Below are positions 9,069 through 17,896 of a stretch of 29,961 nucleotides of DNA, in pieces. The position numbers and the translations under genes were made by a program. A model generated the notes under the pieces. That model searched no databases, was not told where the DNA came from, and saw nothing but the letters and a program-made list of their open reading frames with translations. The DNA comes from Candidatus Ratteibacteria bacterium (GTDB taxonomy: Bacteria; Ratteibacteria; UBA8468; B48-G9; DTJG01), in contig JBMFLH010000015.1 of assembly GCA_049971295.1 (NCBI GenBank), forward strand, positions 1-29,961, read 5' to 3'. The first letter of the stretch is position 1, and each line of letters starts with the position of its first letter.

Positions 9069-10450
9069 AAATGGACAATCTTCGTCAGTATACTGCGCTG
9101 GAAGAGATTGCCGGACAATTATTTGTGATAAGAAACATTCACAATGCTGGGTACAATGAAATTGTTGAGATTACAGAAGAAAATGGAAACATAAGAATTG
9201 GCGTCACATTGGAAGTCGGTGAAGGTTATGCTGTGGTTCAGGTTCTTGGCGGAACATCCGGAATGTCATTAAAAAATTGCAGGGTCAGGTTTAAAGGAAA
9301 ACCTCTGGAGTTTGGTGTTTCTCTTGATATGCTCGGCAGAGTCTTTGATGGGCTTGGTAATCCAATTGATGGATTGCCTGCGCCTGTTGCTGAAGAAACA
9401 ATGAATGTCAATGGCATGGCAATCAATCCTTCTGCGCGTGATTATCCGGAAAACATCATAGAAACAGGAATTTCAACCATTGACGTCATGAATACACTTG
9501 TCAGGGGACAAAAACTACCATTTTTTTCTGGTAGCGGTCTTCCCCACGACATGATTGCTGCGCAAATCGTGAGACAGGCAAAAGCAAAAGGCGAGGGCTT
9601 TTGTGTCGTTTTTGCTGGAATGGGCGTTAAATACGATACTGCTCGTTTTTTCATTAAAAGTTTTGAAGAAACCGGAGTTCTTGATAATGTGATTATGTTT
9701 CTATCTCTTGCTGACAGTCCTTCTCTTACCAGATTGATGACACCCAGATTTGCTCTCACAGCAGCAGAATTTCTTGCTTTCAAAAAAGATATGCATGTAC
9801 TTGTGGTTATGACAGATATGTCAAACTATTGCGAGGCATTGAGAGAACTTTCCACAATGAGGGGAGAGATACCTGCAAGAAAGGGATATCCGGGATACCT
9901 TTACAGCGACCTTGCAAGCATTTATGAAAGGGCTGGAAGAATAAAAAATAAAAAGGGCTCAGTGACACAGATACCGATTCTCACAATGCCAAATGATGAT
10001 ATCACGCATCCTATCCCGGATCTGACAGGTTATATCACAGAAGGCCAAATCGTTGTTGATAGAGAACTCCATGCAAAAGGGATTTATCCACCGATATCTG
10101 TGCTTCCATCGTTATCCAGATTGATGAAGGATAATATCGGGCAGAATAAAACGAGAGACGACCATTCAGCGCTTGCTTCTCAATTGTTTGCATCATACGC
10201 AAGAACAAAGGATATTCAGGCGATTGCTTCGATTGTCGGAGAAGAGGAACTTTCATCCCTTGACCATCTTTATCTGAATTTCGGACAGGTATTTGAGACA
10301 GAGTTTGTAAATCAGGGGTATAATGAACGGAGAACACTTGAAGAAAGTTTAGAAAGGGGATGGGATATTATATCAATTCTTCCTGCAGAAGAACTGGTAA
10401 GAATTGGTGAAGAACAGATTAAAAAACATTACAGGCAAAAACATGATTAG
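9065..10450 (+). CDS. atpB: V/A-type ATP synthase subunit B
   Basis: [54 protein letters not shown] and LPSLSRLM. Confidence 0.97.
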   Translation: MKMDNLRQYTALEEIAGQLFVIRNIHNAGYNEIVEITEENGNIRIGVTLEVGEGYAVVQVLGGTSGMSLKNCRVRFKGKPLEFGVSLDMLGRVFDGLGNPIDGLPAPVAEETMNVNGMAINPSARDYPENIIETGISTIDVMNTLVRGQKLPFFSGSGLPHDMIAAQIVRQAKAKGEGFCVVFAGMGVKYDTARFFIKSFEETGVLDNVIMFLSLADSPSLTRLMTPRFALTAAEFLAFKKDMHVLVVMTDMSNYCEALRELSTMRGEIPARKGYPGYLYSDLASIYERAGRIKNKKGSVTQIPILTMPNDDITHPIPDLTGYITEGQIVVDRELHAKGIYPPISVLPSLSRLMKDNIGQNKTRDDHSALASQLFASYARTKDIQAIASIVGEEELSSLDHLYLNFGQVFETEFVNQGYNERRTLEESLERGWDIISILPAEELVRIGEEQIKKHYRQKHD

Positions 10451-11066
10451 AATTCCAGCAACTAAAACAAATCTTTTCAAAGCGAAAAGAACACTTGCCC
10501 TGTGCAGAGAAGGTCATCAGCTGCTTGATGAAAAGAGAAAAATACTTCTGATGGAAATATCATCAACGACACAACTGGTTCAAAAACTTGAAAAAGATGC
10601 GCTGGATATACTCGTTAGCGCGTATAAAGCAGTCGGCAGAGCTATTTTTTCTATCGGTAAAATAAACTTTGAGAGTTTTGCAACAGGTGTGAATATAGAG
10701 ACAGAGCTGACAATAACAGAGAAAAAATTGATGGGTATCAGAGTACCATCTATTTCTTTACAGATGAAAGAAAATTTACCGTTTTTTAGCCCGCTTGGCG
10801 GACATGTTTCTCTTGATGAGGCCATTGTTTTGATGAAACAACTCATTCAGAGTATCACAGAACTTGCTGAAAAAAAGACAACTTTATTGCGGCTTGAAAG
10901 AGAATTTCAAAAAACAACAAAAAAGGTCAATGCCCTTGAAAAAATTCACATTCCGTATTATCGTGAAGTCGTAAGGTTTATTGCGGATCGCCTTGATGAA
11001 GAATCAAGGGAGGCATTTGCCACATTGAAAGAAATAAAGAAAAAACTTGCTTCAAGGGGGGTGTAG
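10443..11066 (+). CDS. atpD: V/A-type ATP synthase subunit D
   Basis: [33 protein letters not shown] and LDEESRE. The likely start is the ATG at 10443, overlapping the end of atpB. Confidence 0.93.
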   Translation: MIRIPATKTNLFKAKRTLALCREGHQLLDEKRKILLMEISSTTQLVQKLEKDALDILVSAYKAVGRAIFSIGKINFESFATGVNIETELTITEKKLMGIRVPSISLQMKENLPFFSPLGGHVSLDEAIVLMKQLIQSITELAEKKTTLLRLEREFQKTTKKVNALEKIHIPYYREVVRFIADRLDEESREAFATLKEIKKKLASRGV

Positions 11067-11540
11067 GTGCTGGTAATCAAACACATTATTGTGGCGTGTG
11101 CAGTGGATAGTATCTCTGCTTATACTGTGAGGTATGCGATTGAACTGGCAAAAGTATTGAATGCGAAACTGACAATACTGCATATCGTGGATACGTCAAA
11201 ATTGAAAGAATTGATAAAAATTGGGCTTTTCAGGGAATATGAGAAGAAAAACATTGAACAGGATCTTGAAAGAGAAGGCAGGATATTTGTTGAAAGATTC
11301 AGAGACATTGCAAAAGAGATGGGTGTTGACTGTGATGTAATTGTAATGTGGGGGACAGTTCATAAACAGGTTGCCCAGGTGATAAGAGAAACAGGAGCAA
11401 ATTTACTTGTGATTGGCGGCAGTCCAGTGATCTGCGAAGGTGGAAAAAGTACTGTAGGTGAGATGATACTTGCTGAAGCACCATGCCCGGTTCTCATAGT
11501 GAAAAGATCAAAACAGAACTGGACTGATATCTTAAAGTAA
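11067..11540 (+). CDS. Universal stress protein (UspA family)
   Basis: IKHIIVA....S....YAIELAK..NAKLTILHIVD, ANLLVIGG and APCPVLIVK. The GTG start follows the atpD stop directly. Confidence 0.88.
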   Translation: MLVIKHIIVACAVDSISAYTVRYAIELAKVLNAKLTILHIVDTSKLKELIKIGLFREYEKKNIEQDLEREGRIFVERFRDIAKEMGVDCDVIVMWGTVHKQVAQVIRETGANLLVIGGSPVICEGGKSTVGEMILAEAPCPVLIVKRSKQNWTDILK

Positions 11541-11548
11541 TTAAGTAA

Positions 11549-12742
11549 TCAAAACTCAAAAAAATCAGGATTTACTGCATCGCATATCGCCTGACATTCT
11601 ATTTCCACCAACCATCCGGGTCTGCACACTGAAGCCACAACAACCTGCATTGGTATATTGCCAAAATTTTTTTTCATTTCCTCGTAAACAATTTTTGAGT
11701 CTGACGCATCTCTCACATATATAATGAACACGCACACATCATCGAATCCCGCATGCGCATTTTTTAAAAGAACCTCTATGTTCTTCAATGTCCGGTATAA
11801 CTGTTTCATTACATTGCCTGGATGGACGATTTCGCCTTTTCTGTTGATACTGGCGGTACCTGAAATAAAAATGTGTTTGCGGTCTCTGTAATTAATAGCC
11901 ACGCCTCTTTCAAATGTTACTCCATAAATGTATGTGGGGCTGAGATATCTGGAATTTGAAAGAAATTGTATTTGTTCGGGTTTGATGCCCGCGATAGAAT
12001 AGGCATCCATTGAAATTTTCGCTCTGATATCTGTTGCGGACCCTTCAACTCCAGTGCTGGCGATGAAATGCGTCTGGGGAGTAAGACCATTTTTTTCAAA
12101 AAATTCTTTTCTGGCTTTCGCAAATTCCATGTAATTTGTATCAATGTTTCTTACAAAAAACCATGTGCGTATGACATTGTCTGCAAGTTTCATACTCCTG
12201 TTTGCAAGAATCTTTTTGTATCGTAAGAGTATGTCCATTGTTTGAAAATGTACTGTTTGTTCTTCAGTGGACATTATTCCAGTATCCCAGAAATGGGTGA
12301 GAGATTTTCTTTTTAACTTCAAACCATTGCCATCTATTGATTTCAAAATAGGTTGATTTCTATCAATGATATGATAAGCCCACATTGCTATTTTAACTTC
12401 TGGATATGGCGACTGTGAAATAAAGGATATCGCACACTCATCATTTTTTTTACTTCTGGCAACAGGATATTTTCTGATTGTTTGATACTGATTGATAAGG
12501 TCGCTACAGAAAAATCTTCTGAACACGGCGCTATTCGAATCCAGAGCAAGCTTCCTGAGAATTTTTTTGTAAGATTTGGTAATCAACGCAGTTAGCTCAG
12601 ACACAGTTTCATAACCAGTCGGAACAAATGTGAGGTGATACTCATCCACATTTGTTTTTCCTTTGAAACAGGAATATCTTACCTGCATTTTTTCATCACT
12701 CTCATCACAATATGACACGACATTTTCTATTTTTTTATTCAT
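11549..12742 (-). CDS. Multi-domain Rid (YjgF/YER057c/UK114) superfamily hydrolase, chorismatase FkbO/Hyg5-like
   Basis: VIRTWFFVRNID, ASTGVEG, YGVTFERG, FISGTASI and VCRPGWLVEIE. No signal peptide. Confidence 0.75.
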   Translation of the reverse strand: MNKKIENVVSYCDESDEKMQVRYSCFKGKTNVDEYHLTFVPTGYETVSELTALITKSYKKILRKLALDSNSAVFRRFFCSDLINQYQTIRKYPVARSKKNDECAISFISQSPYPEVKIAMWAYHIIDRNQPILKSIDGNGLKLKRKSLTHFWDTGIMSTEEQTVHFQTMDILLRYKKILANRSMKLADNVIRTWFFVRNIDTNYMEFAKARKEFFEKNGLTPQTHFIASTGVEGSATDIRAKISMDAYSIAGIKPEQIQFLSNSRYLSPTYIYGVTFERGVAINYRDRKHIFISGTASINRKGEIVHPGNVMKQLYRTLKNIEVLLKNAHAGFDDVCVFIIYVRDASDSKIVYEEMKKNFGNIPMQVVVASVCRPGWLVEIECQAICDAVNPDFFEF

Positions 12743-14900
12743 TTTTCACGACCTCAAAAGCAATCGCAGGAAGAAACCCTGAAAATGTTTTTCTTTTCTG
12801 TCCTGAAACCTGAGTGACCTCATCAAACACTTCTATAATCAAATTATCCCGATAAGTGGCAAGTTTTTTATCTGCCTCTATTGTCAATAAAAATTTCCTA
12901 CCATCAAATGAAACGTTTTTCAGTCTTATTCCATCAGGAGGATTGTTGATTTCAAAAGTTAAAGAAAGAGAAGAAGTGGGTCTGAACCACGACTCTGCTG
13001 TACAGGTAATCGTCGCAGTACCACCTGCTGGAATTTTCAGTACTGACTGGTTTGACGCATCAAGTTTTAACTGTCTTAACCTTGACCGTGAGAATGCCAA
13101 AAGCAATGTTTCTGATGGTACAGGGTGAATGTATGCAAATGCCTGCATTTTTTCTTCAGCGCTTTTAGCAACACGAACAACTTCTTTTCCATCAATAATC
13201 GCTCTGCCTTCCAGTACTGGAAAGAAAATTTCATCTGTGTATTTTGAGGATGTTCTCAATGTTAATCTTATTGAACTTCGTCCTTCAGGAATTGTTGCTC
13301 CGTCAAGGATAAAAGTTCCTGGAAGGTTTTTCAAACTTAATTGAATGTCGCCATCCCAGCCATCTTTTTTTATTGCATACACTTTTATTAACGATGTACC
13401 ATTTTCAGAGATATTAATCCCAGAAGGACACACGATGAGGTGAAAGTCAGGCAATGGTTTGCTAATTCTAAGAAAATACTTGTATTGATTTCCACCATGA
13501 TTCTGGCTGTCACGAATTTCCACAGTGTAGTTTCCTGAAACAGGAAGTTTTGTCATTAAATATGAATCAGCATGATGTGTTAATAGTCCGAGTTCAAAAT
13601 CCTGATTGATATCGTCATTCCACGCTACAATCTTATCCATTGTTTTTAATCTGACCAGCGAGTCAATCGGCCAGCCCAGTCGTCTTCCAAAGACCTCTAT
13701 TACGATAGTGTCTCCTGCCCTGCCATAAAAGTTATATCGGTCAATGTCTCCTGGATAGTTAATACAGCCACCAATTAATACAGGCAGTGGGACTGACTGA
13801 GCAGATTGTAATTTTCGCTCGATTTCTCTATATTTTGGCATATCTCTGATATTATCAGGCAACATTGAAATTTTTTCGTCAAAGTCAGATTTGTTTTCTT
13901 TGATACCGGTTTCAATGTTGTCCATCACATAAATTCTGTAGACAAAGTCTTCTCTACCGCGATATATGGAATCCCTGATTTCAAGGATGTAAATTCCATC
14001 TTCTCGCACATGAAATCTGATAACAGGGTCAGGGTCAAATTCAGTATCATCGTTATAGGCAACTTCCTTTTTGTTTTCGTCGTAAAGTGTTAGTACTGGC
14101 TGAAACCACCCAGGTACAGCATCCGCAATATACGGAATTAATTTTCTGGCATGTCCCACTATTGTAATATGTTGTCCCTTTTTAAGTTTGAGTGTGAATC
14201 TGTTGAGCTTACCAGGAAGAATCCTGCCATTTATCACAACAGGGGCTTCCAGTATAGTTGTATCCCTATCAATACTTTCCTTTTCGTATCTATACTGATG
14301 ATAAGAACAACAATACTCAGGGAATTGTCCAATCTGGAACACCAGGGGATTGGTAAGTCCTAATGGTGTTCTGAGTCGAATTTCGTAATCGCCTGGTTTT
14401 ACATCAGGACTAATTGAGACCTGTATCGTAACTTCTTCTGCCACAGGCGGTTTTGGCTTGTTTTCCCTGTTTAAGTATTTTTCATATATTTGCTGAAGTT
14501 CCCGCGGTGTTTTTTTCTCAAGGTCTCGCAGTTCAGGAATATCAGGAAGTTTTATGGCTTTTTCTGTTTCTGTTCTTGTATCTTCAACTTTTTTCCCTGC
14601 TCTTTTGTCCCTGATTTCCTGTATTCTTCTTCTTAATTCTTCAACCTGAAGAAAATTCAATGGACCTGAAGGTCCCTGATAATCAATAATATTTGCGCTG
14701 ATGCCCCTGCCAGAAAAATAGACACTGTTTACACCTCTCAGGTTCTGCCCACCAATCACCACATTAAACACAGTCCCTGTTTGACCGCCTGCTGGATACA
14801 CATATCCAATGTAAGGATTATTTGACTGCGCGATAGAATAACCGCTATAGCCGAAGATTGTCAGTATGAATAATTTTGCAAAAAAATTTTTCATTGTCAT
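12735..14900 (-). CDS. Secreted PPC (pre-peptidase C-terminal)-domain beta-sandwich protein of the DUF1549/DUF1501 cluster
   Basis: Signal peptide ending SIA|Q, YVYPAGGQTGT, PGDYEIRLRTPLGLTNP and two PPC-like repeats (AYNDD...DP.I.F...DG.Y.LEIRD...GREDFVYRI and AWNDD...ADSYL...SGNYTVEIRD...GGNQYKYFLRI). Start is at 14900 or 14894. Confidence 0.75.
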   Translation of the reverse strand: MTMKNFFAKLFILTIFGYSGYSIAQSNNPYIGYVYPAGGQTGTVFNVVIGGQNLRGVNSVYFSGRGISANIIDYQGPSGPLNFLQVEELRRRIQEIRDKRAGKKVEDTRTETEKAIKLPDIPELRDLEKKTPRELQQIYEKYLNRENKPKPPVAEEVTIQVSISPDVKPGDYEIRLRTPLGLTNPLVFQIGQFPEYCCSYHQYRYEKESIDRDTTILEAPVVINGRILPGKLNRFTLKLKKGQHITIVGHARKLIPYIADAVPGWFQPVLTLYDENKKEVAYNDDTEFDPDPVIRFHVREDGIYILEIRDSIYRGREDFVYRIYVMDNIETGIKENKSDFDEKISMLPDNIRDMPKYREIERKLQSAQSVPLPVLIGGCINYPGDIDRYNFYGRAGDTIVIEVFGRRLGWPIDSLVRLKTMDKIVAWNDDINQDFELGLLTHHADSYLMTKLPVSGNYTVEIRDSQNHGGNQYKYFLRISKPLPDFHLIVCPSGINISENGTSLIKVYAIKKDGWDGDIQLSLKNLPGTFILDGATIPEGRSSIRLTLRTSSKYTDEIFFPVLEGRAIIDGKEVVRVAKSAEEKMQAFAYIHPVPSETLLLAFSRSRLRQLKLDASNQSVLKIPAGGTATITCTAESWFRPTSSLSLTFEINNPPDGIRLKNVSFDGRKFLLTIEADKKLATYRDNLIIEVFDEVTQVSGQKRKTFSGFLPAIAFEVVKNE

Positions 14901-16177
14901 CAATTTTTCATAAGTTCTTTCAGTTCGCCGAATCCAGAATAATCATCTGGATATGGCATGACCTTGATATCAAGACCTTTGTCGTTTGGCATCTGTCCAT
15001 CAGGATCTATTCCAAGTAATCTCAAAATACTTCTGAGCAAGTCTTCAGGATAAACAGGCCTTTTAGCAACATACTCTCCTTTGCTATCTGATTCACCAAC
15101 AACCATTCCGCCTTTAAATCCTCCGCCTGCAACAACTGCCGAAAAACAGTATCCCCAGTGTCCCCTGCCGCCATTCCAGGGAGGTGCCCAGTCAATTTTT
15201 GGAGTTCTTCCGAATTCACCGCAGCACCATACAATTGTGGAGTCAAGCAGCCCCCGATTTGACAGATCTTCAAGAAGCGCAGAAAGTCCCTGGTCAAATT
15301 CAGCCAGTTTCCTTTGCATTGTCTGAAAATGTTGTTTATGGGTATCCCATCCAGGATAATTGATTGTGATATATGGAACACCGATTTCAACAAGTCGTCT
15401 TGCAACAAGGCAACTCTGGCCAAACCAGTTTCTACCATATCTATTTCTCACTTCGTCGGGTTCTTGAGAAAGGTCAAAAACCTTTTTCGCTTGCCCCAGA
15501 ATCATTTCGTATGCCTCTTCTTCGCTTCTTTTGAATCGAGCAAAGTCAGGTTCATCGCCAATTGCCTTTCCCAGAGTATCTAATTTTTGAAGCAATTCTC
15601 TCCGTTTTTTTTGTTGTTGTTCAGATATACCAGAAGCAACTATTCCTTCAACTGCAAATTCTTTCTGATTTGGGTCTCCTCCCGTGACAAACGGTTTGTA
15701 CAGTGGACCAAGAAACCCTTCTTCTGAAAATCTGCCCTGAGATTGCGTAAGAACAACATACGGTGGAATTTTGCCAGTGTAATTTTTTCCTTTAAACAGA
15801 CTGACTATTGCACCAAGAGAAGGATAAACAAGGCCTTGACCTGGTTTATGTCCTGTTTGAACATAATATGCTGCTGATTCATGACCATTGATACCGTGCG
15901 TCATGCTTCTGATAATTGAGTATTTATCAGCGATTTTTGCAAGCATGGGAAGAGCCGCATTGATTTCTATTCCTGCAACATTTGTTTGTATGGTTTTATC
16001 AAGTGGGCCACAATAATCATAGCCGGCAGTAACTTTTGGATCGAAAGTGTCATTTTGAGAAGGTCCTCCCCACAACCATATTTGAATGACAGATTTTGCC
16101 TGATTCTGCGCAAACAGAAGAGTACTTATAGAAAAAACCAGCGCAATTAGAAATAAAATAAACCGATACACGTTCAT
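14900..16177 (-). CDS. DUF1501 domain-containing secreted protein (alkaline-phosphatase/sulfatase-like fold)
   Basis: AKSVIQIWLWGGPSQNDTFDPK, YSIIRSM, FGQSCLVARRLVE.GV, GWDTH, GEFGRTPKI and GR.HW. Sec-type signal peptide. Confidence 0.92.
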   Translation of the reverse strand: MNVYRFILFLIALVFSISTLLFAQNQAKSVIQIWLWGGPSQNDTFDPKVTAGYDYCGPLDKTIQTNVAGIEINAALPMLAKIADKYSIIRSMTHGINGHESAAYYVQTGHKPGQGLVYPSLGAIVSLFKGKNYTGKIPPYVVLTQSQGRFSEEGFLGPLYKPFVTGGDPNQKEFAVEGIVASGISEQQQKKRRELLQKLDTLGKAIGDEPDFARFKRSEEEAYEMILGQAKKVFDLSQEPDEVRNRYGRNWFGQSCLVARRLVEIGVPYITINYPGWDTHKQHFQTMQRKLAEFDQGLSALLEDLSNRGLLDSTIVWCCGEFGRTPKIDWAPPWNGGRGHWGYCFSAVVAGGGFKGGMVVGESDSKGEYVAKRPVYPEDLLRSILRLLGIDPDGQMPNDKGLDIKVMPYPDDYSGFGELKELMKN

Positions 16178-16184
16178 ATCCTTC

Positions 16185-17795
16185 TTAATGTTTGAATAAA
16201 AATTCCTTGCTATTTATCAATGCCCACGCAATGTCTGTGGCTGCCTGATCTAATGACAATCCTGAATTTGTCAGATATTCTTCAATGATGTTCATTTCCT
16301 GTTCTGTTGGTGGTCTGGATAATATAATTTTATAAACAATGGTAATACAATCCTTTTTGTTTCTCCACATCTGAGATAGCGCTTTTCTTAACAGAGGGCT
16401 TGACCTTAATTTTTTCTGTATGTCGCTTGAATTCAGCATATACAGTCGTTGCTTGTCAGTTGGGTTGCTGTTTCTTTCTGATTCAAGCCCTGTATCCCTT
16501 GATGGTCTTCCAAATGTGATGAGAAAAGAACTGGTGATACTGCCATCTGCCAGTCCAATATTTCTATTTTCTTTTGGAATAAAGGTATATGGTTCTGGTA
16601 TCTGACTCACATATTCCTCACCACTGCCGCCAATCCAGCACAATGCATCCAGAAGGACCTCTGCTTCAAGTTGTCTGATTTTGTAAAACGCAAACTGAAT
16701 TTCAGGATTTTTTGTTTGCAAAGTTGGTATTGAGGATTGCTGGTATGTACGAGAATTGAGAATCAATCTTATCAAATGTTTGATATCATAGCCTGATTTG
16801 ACCAGTTCTTGCTCCAGAACAGTAAGAACTTCCTGACCAGGTGTTTTTTTTCCATATATGTCGTCAACAGGCGAAATAATGGCATTTCCCATTAACCATG
16901 TCCACACCCTGTTAACGATATTTTTGTTGAAATACGGATTTTTAGGAGAGATGAGCCAGTCAGCAAAAATGATACGACCATCCTGTTCAGGCAAAATCTC
17001 AACACTCCTGCCATCCAGAAAACTTGTTCTGATGGTTTTCCCTGGTTCTGGATTAAAATAAACAATCTCTTCCTTCCATTCCAGTGTTTTTTTGTATGCG
17101 ACCCGGGAAAAAAACATTGCCATGTTTTCCTGCGCGTCCCGCGGCAGCTTATCAAGATTTATTCCCATGAACGTCATTGCGACGGCTTTTGCGATTGATA
17201 GCGGACTACGACCCTGTATCGCTCTATAAAAATTAACCTGAGGCACTCTGAAATTGCTTCCGCTTGACGTAAGAAGTTCGCGAACAAACTGGTCATAAGG
17301 AAGGTTTTTCTTGATTTGCTCATAAATCCAGCGATGATATGCCTGAACAGCATTAGGCCATAGATTTATGGGATATTCTGACTTGACACGAAGTATATCG
17401 CACCACTTCATTGTCCAGTACAGGGCAAACTCATCCCTGTCAAGAAGATGATCTATCAATATCTTTCGTTTGTCCTGCCGCGTGTCTTTTGTGAAAGCGT
17501 CTATTTCCTCAGGGGTAGGAAGTGTTCCGATCGTGTCAAGATAAACACGCCTGATAAAAACATAGTCAGAACATGGGTTTCTCAATTTTGCGTCATATCT
17601 GGCAAGGCAGGCCTCCACCTGTAAATCAACGATGTTTTCTGGTGTAATCCAGAAGTCATCTTCATACGGTTTTAATGAAACTGTTTTTATCTGCGCAAAG
17701 GAAAAACTGTACACCAACAACAGCATAATTAAAGGAATCGTGCTGGTAGCGATGCCCGTGCGCAGAACTATTAAGACATTGCATATTTTATTCAT
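16185..17795 (-). CDS. DUF1549/DUF1553 (PSCyt2/PSD1) domain-containing secreted protein lacking CxxCH
   Basis: D.VFIRRVYLDTIGTLPTPEE, KRKILIDHLL, PYDQFVRELLT, ADWL.SPKNPYF.KNIVNRVW.WLMG, ILNSRTYQ, FGRPSR and DIAWALINSKEFLFKH. The start is uncertain; the ORF track extends to 17858. Confidence 0.9.
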   Translation of the reverse strand: MNKICNVLIVLRTGIATSTIPLIMLLLVYSFSFAQIKTVSLKPYEDDFWITPENIVDLQVEACLARYDAKLRNPCSDYVFIRRVYLDTIGTLPTPEEIDAFTKDTRQDKRKILIDHLLDRDEFALYWTMKWCDILRVKSEYPINLWPNAVQAYHRWIYEQIKKNLPYDQFVRELLTSSGSNFRVPQVNFYRAIQGRSPLSIAKAVAMTFMGINLDKLPRDAQENMAMFFSRVAYKKTLEWKEEIVYFNPEPGKTIRTSFLDGRSVEILPEQDGRIIFADWLISPKNPYFNKNIVNRVWTWLMGNAIISPVDDIYGKKTPGQEVLTVLEQELVKSGYDIKHLIRLILNSRTYQQSSIPTLQTKNPEIQFAFYKIRQLEAEVLLDALCWIGGSGEEYVSQIPEPYTFIPKENRNIGLADGSITSSFLITFGRPSRDTGLESERNSNPTDKQRLYMLNSSDIQKKLRSSPLLRKALSQMWRNKKDCITIVYKIILSRPPTEQEMNIIEEYLTNSGLSLDQAATDIAWALINSKEFLFKH

Positions 17796-17896
17796 TGTTT
17801 TGAATATGATACATTTTTTTTCAATTTTTGACATTTTTCTAAAAGTAAGACAATTCAAAATTACAAAGGGTTTATTTAAAATGATAAAATATCACG

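Noticed and set aside
12735..14900. Calling the PPC-domain protein a peptidase
   Set aside because: I see no subtilase or metallopeptidase catalytic motif, only non-catalytic PPC-like repeats.
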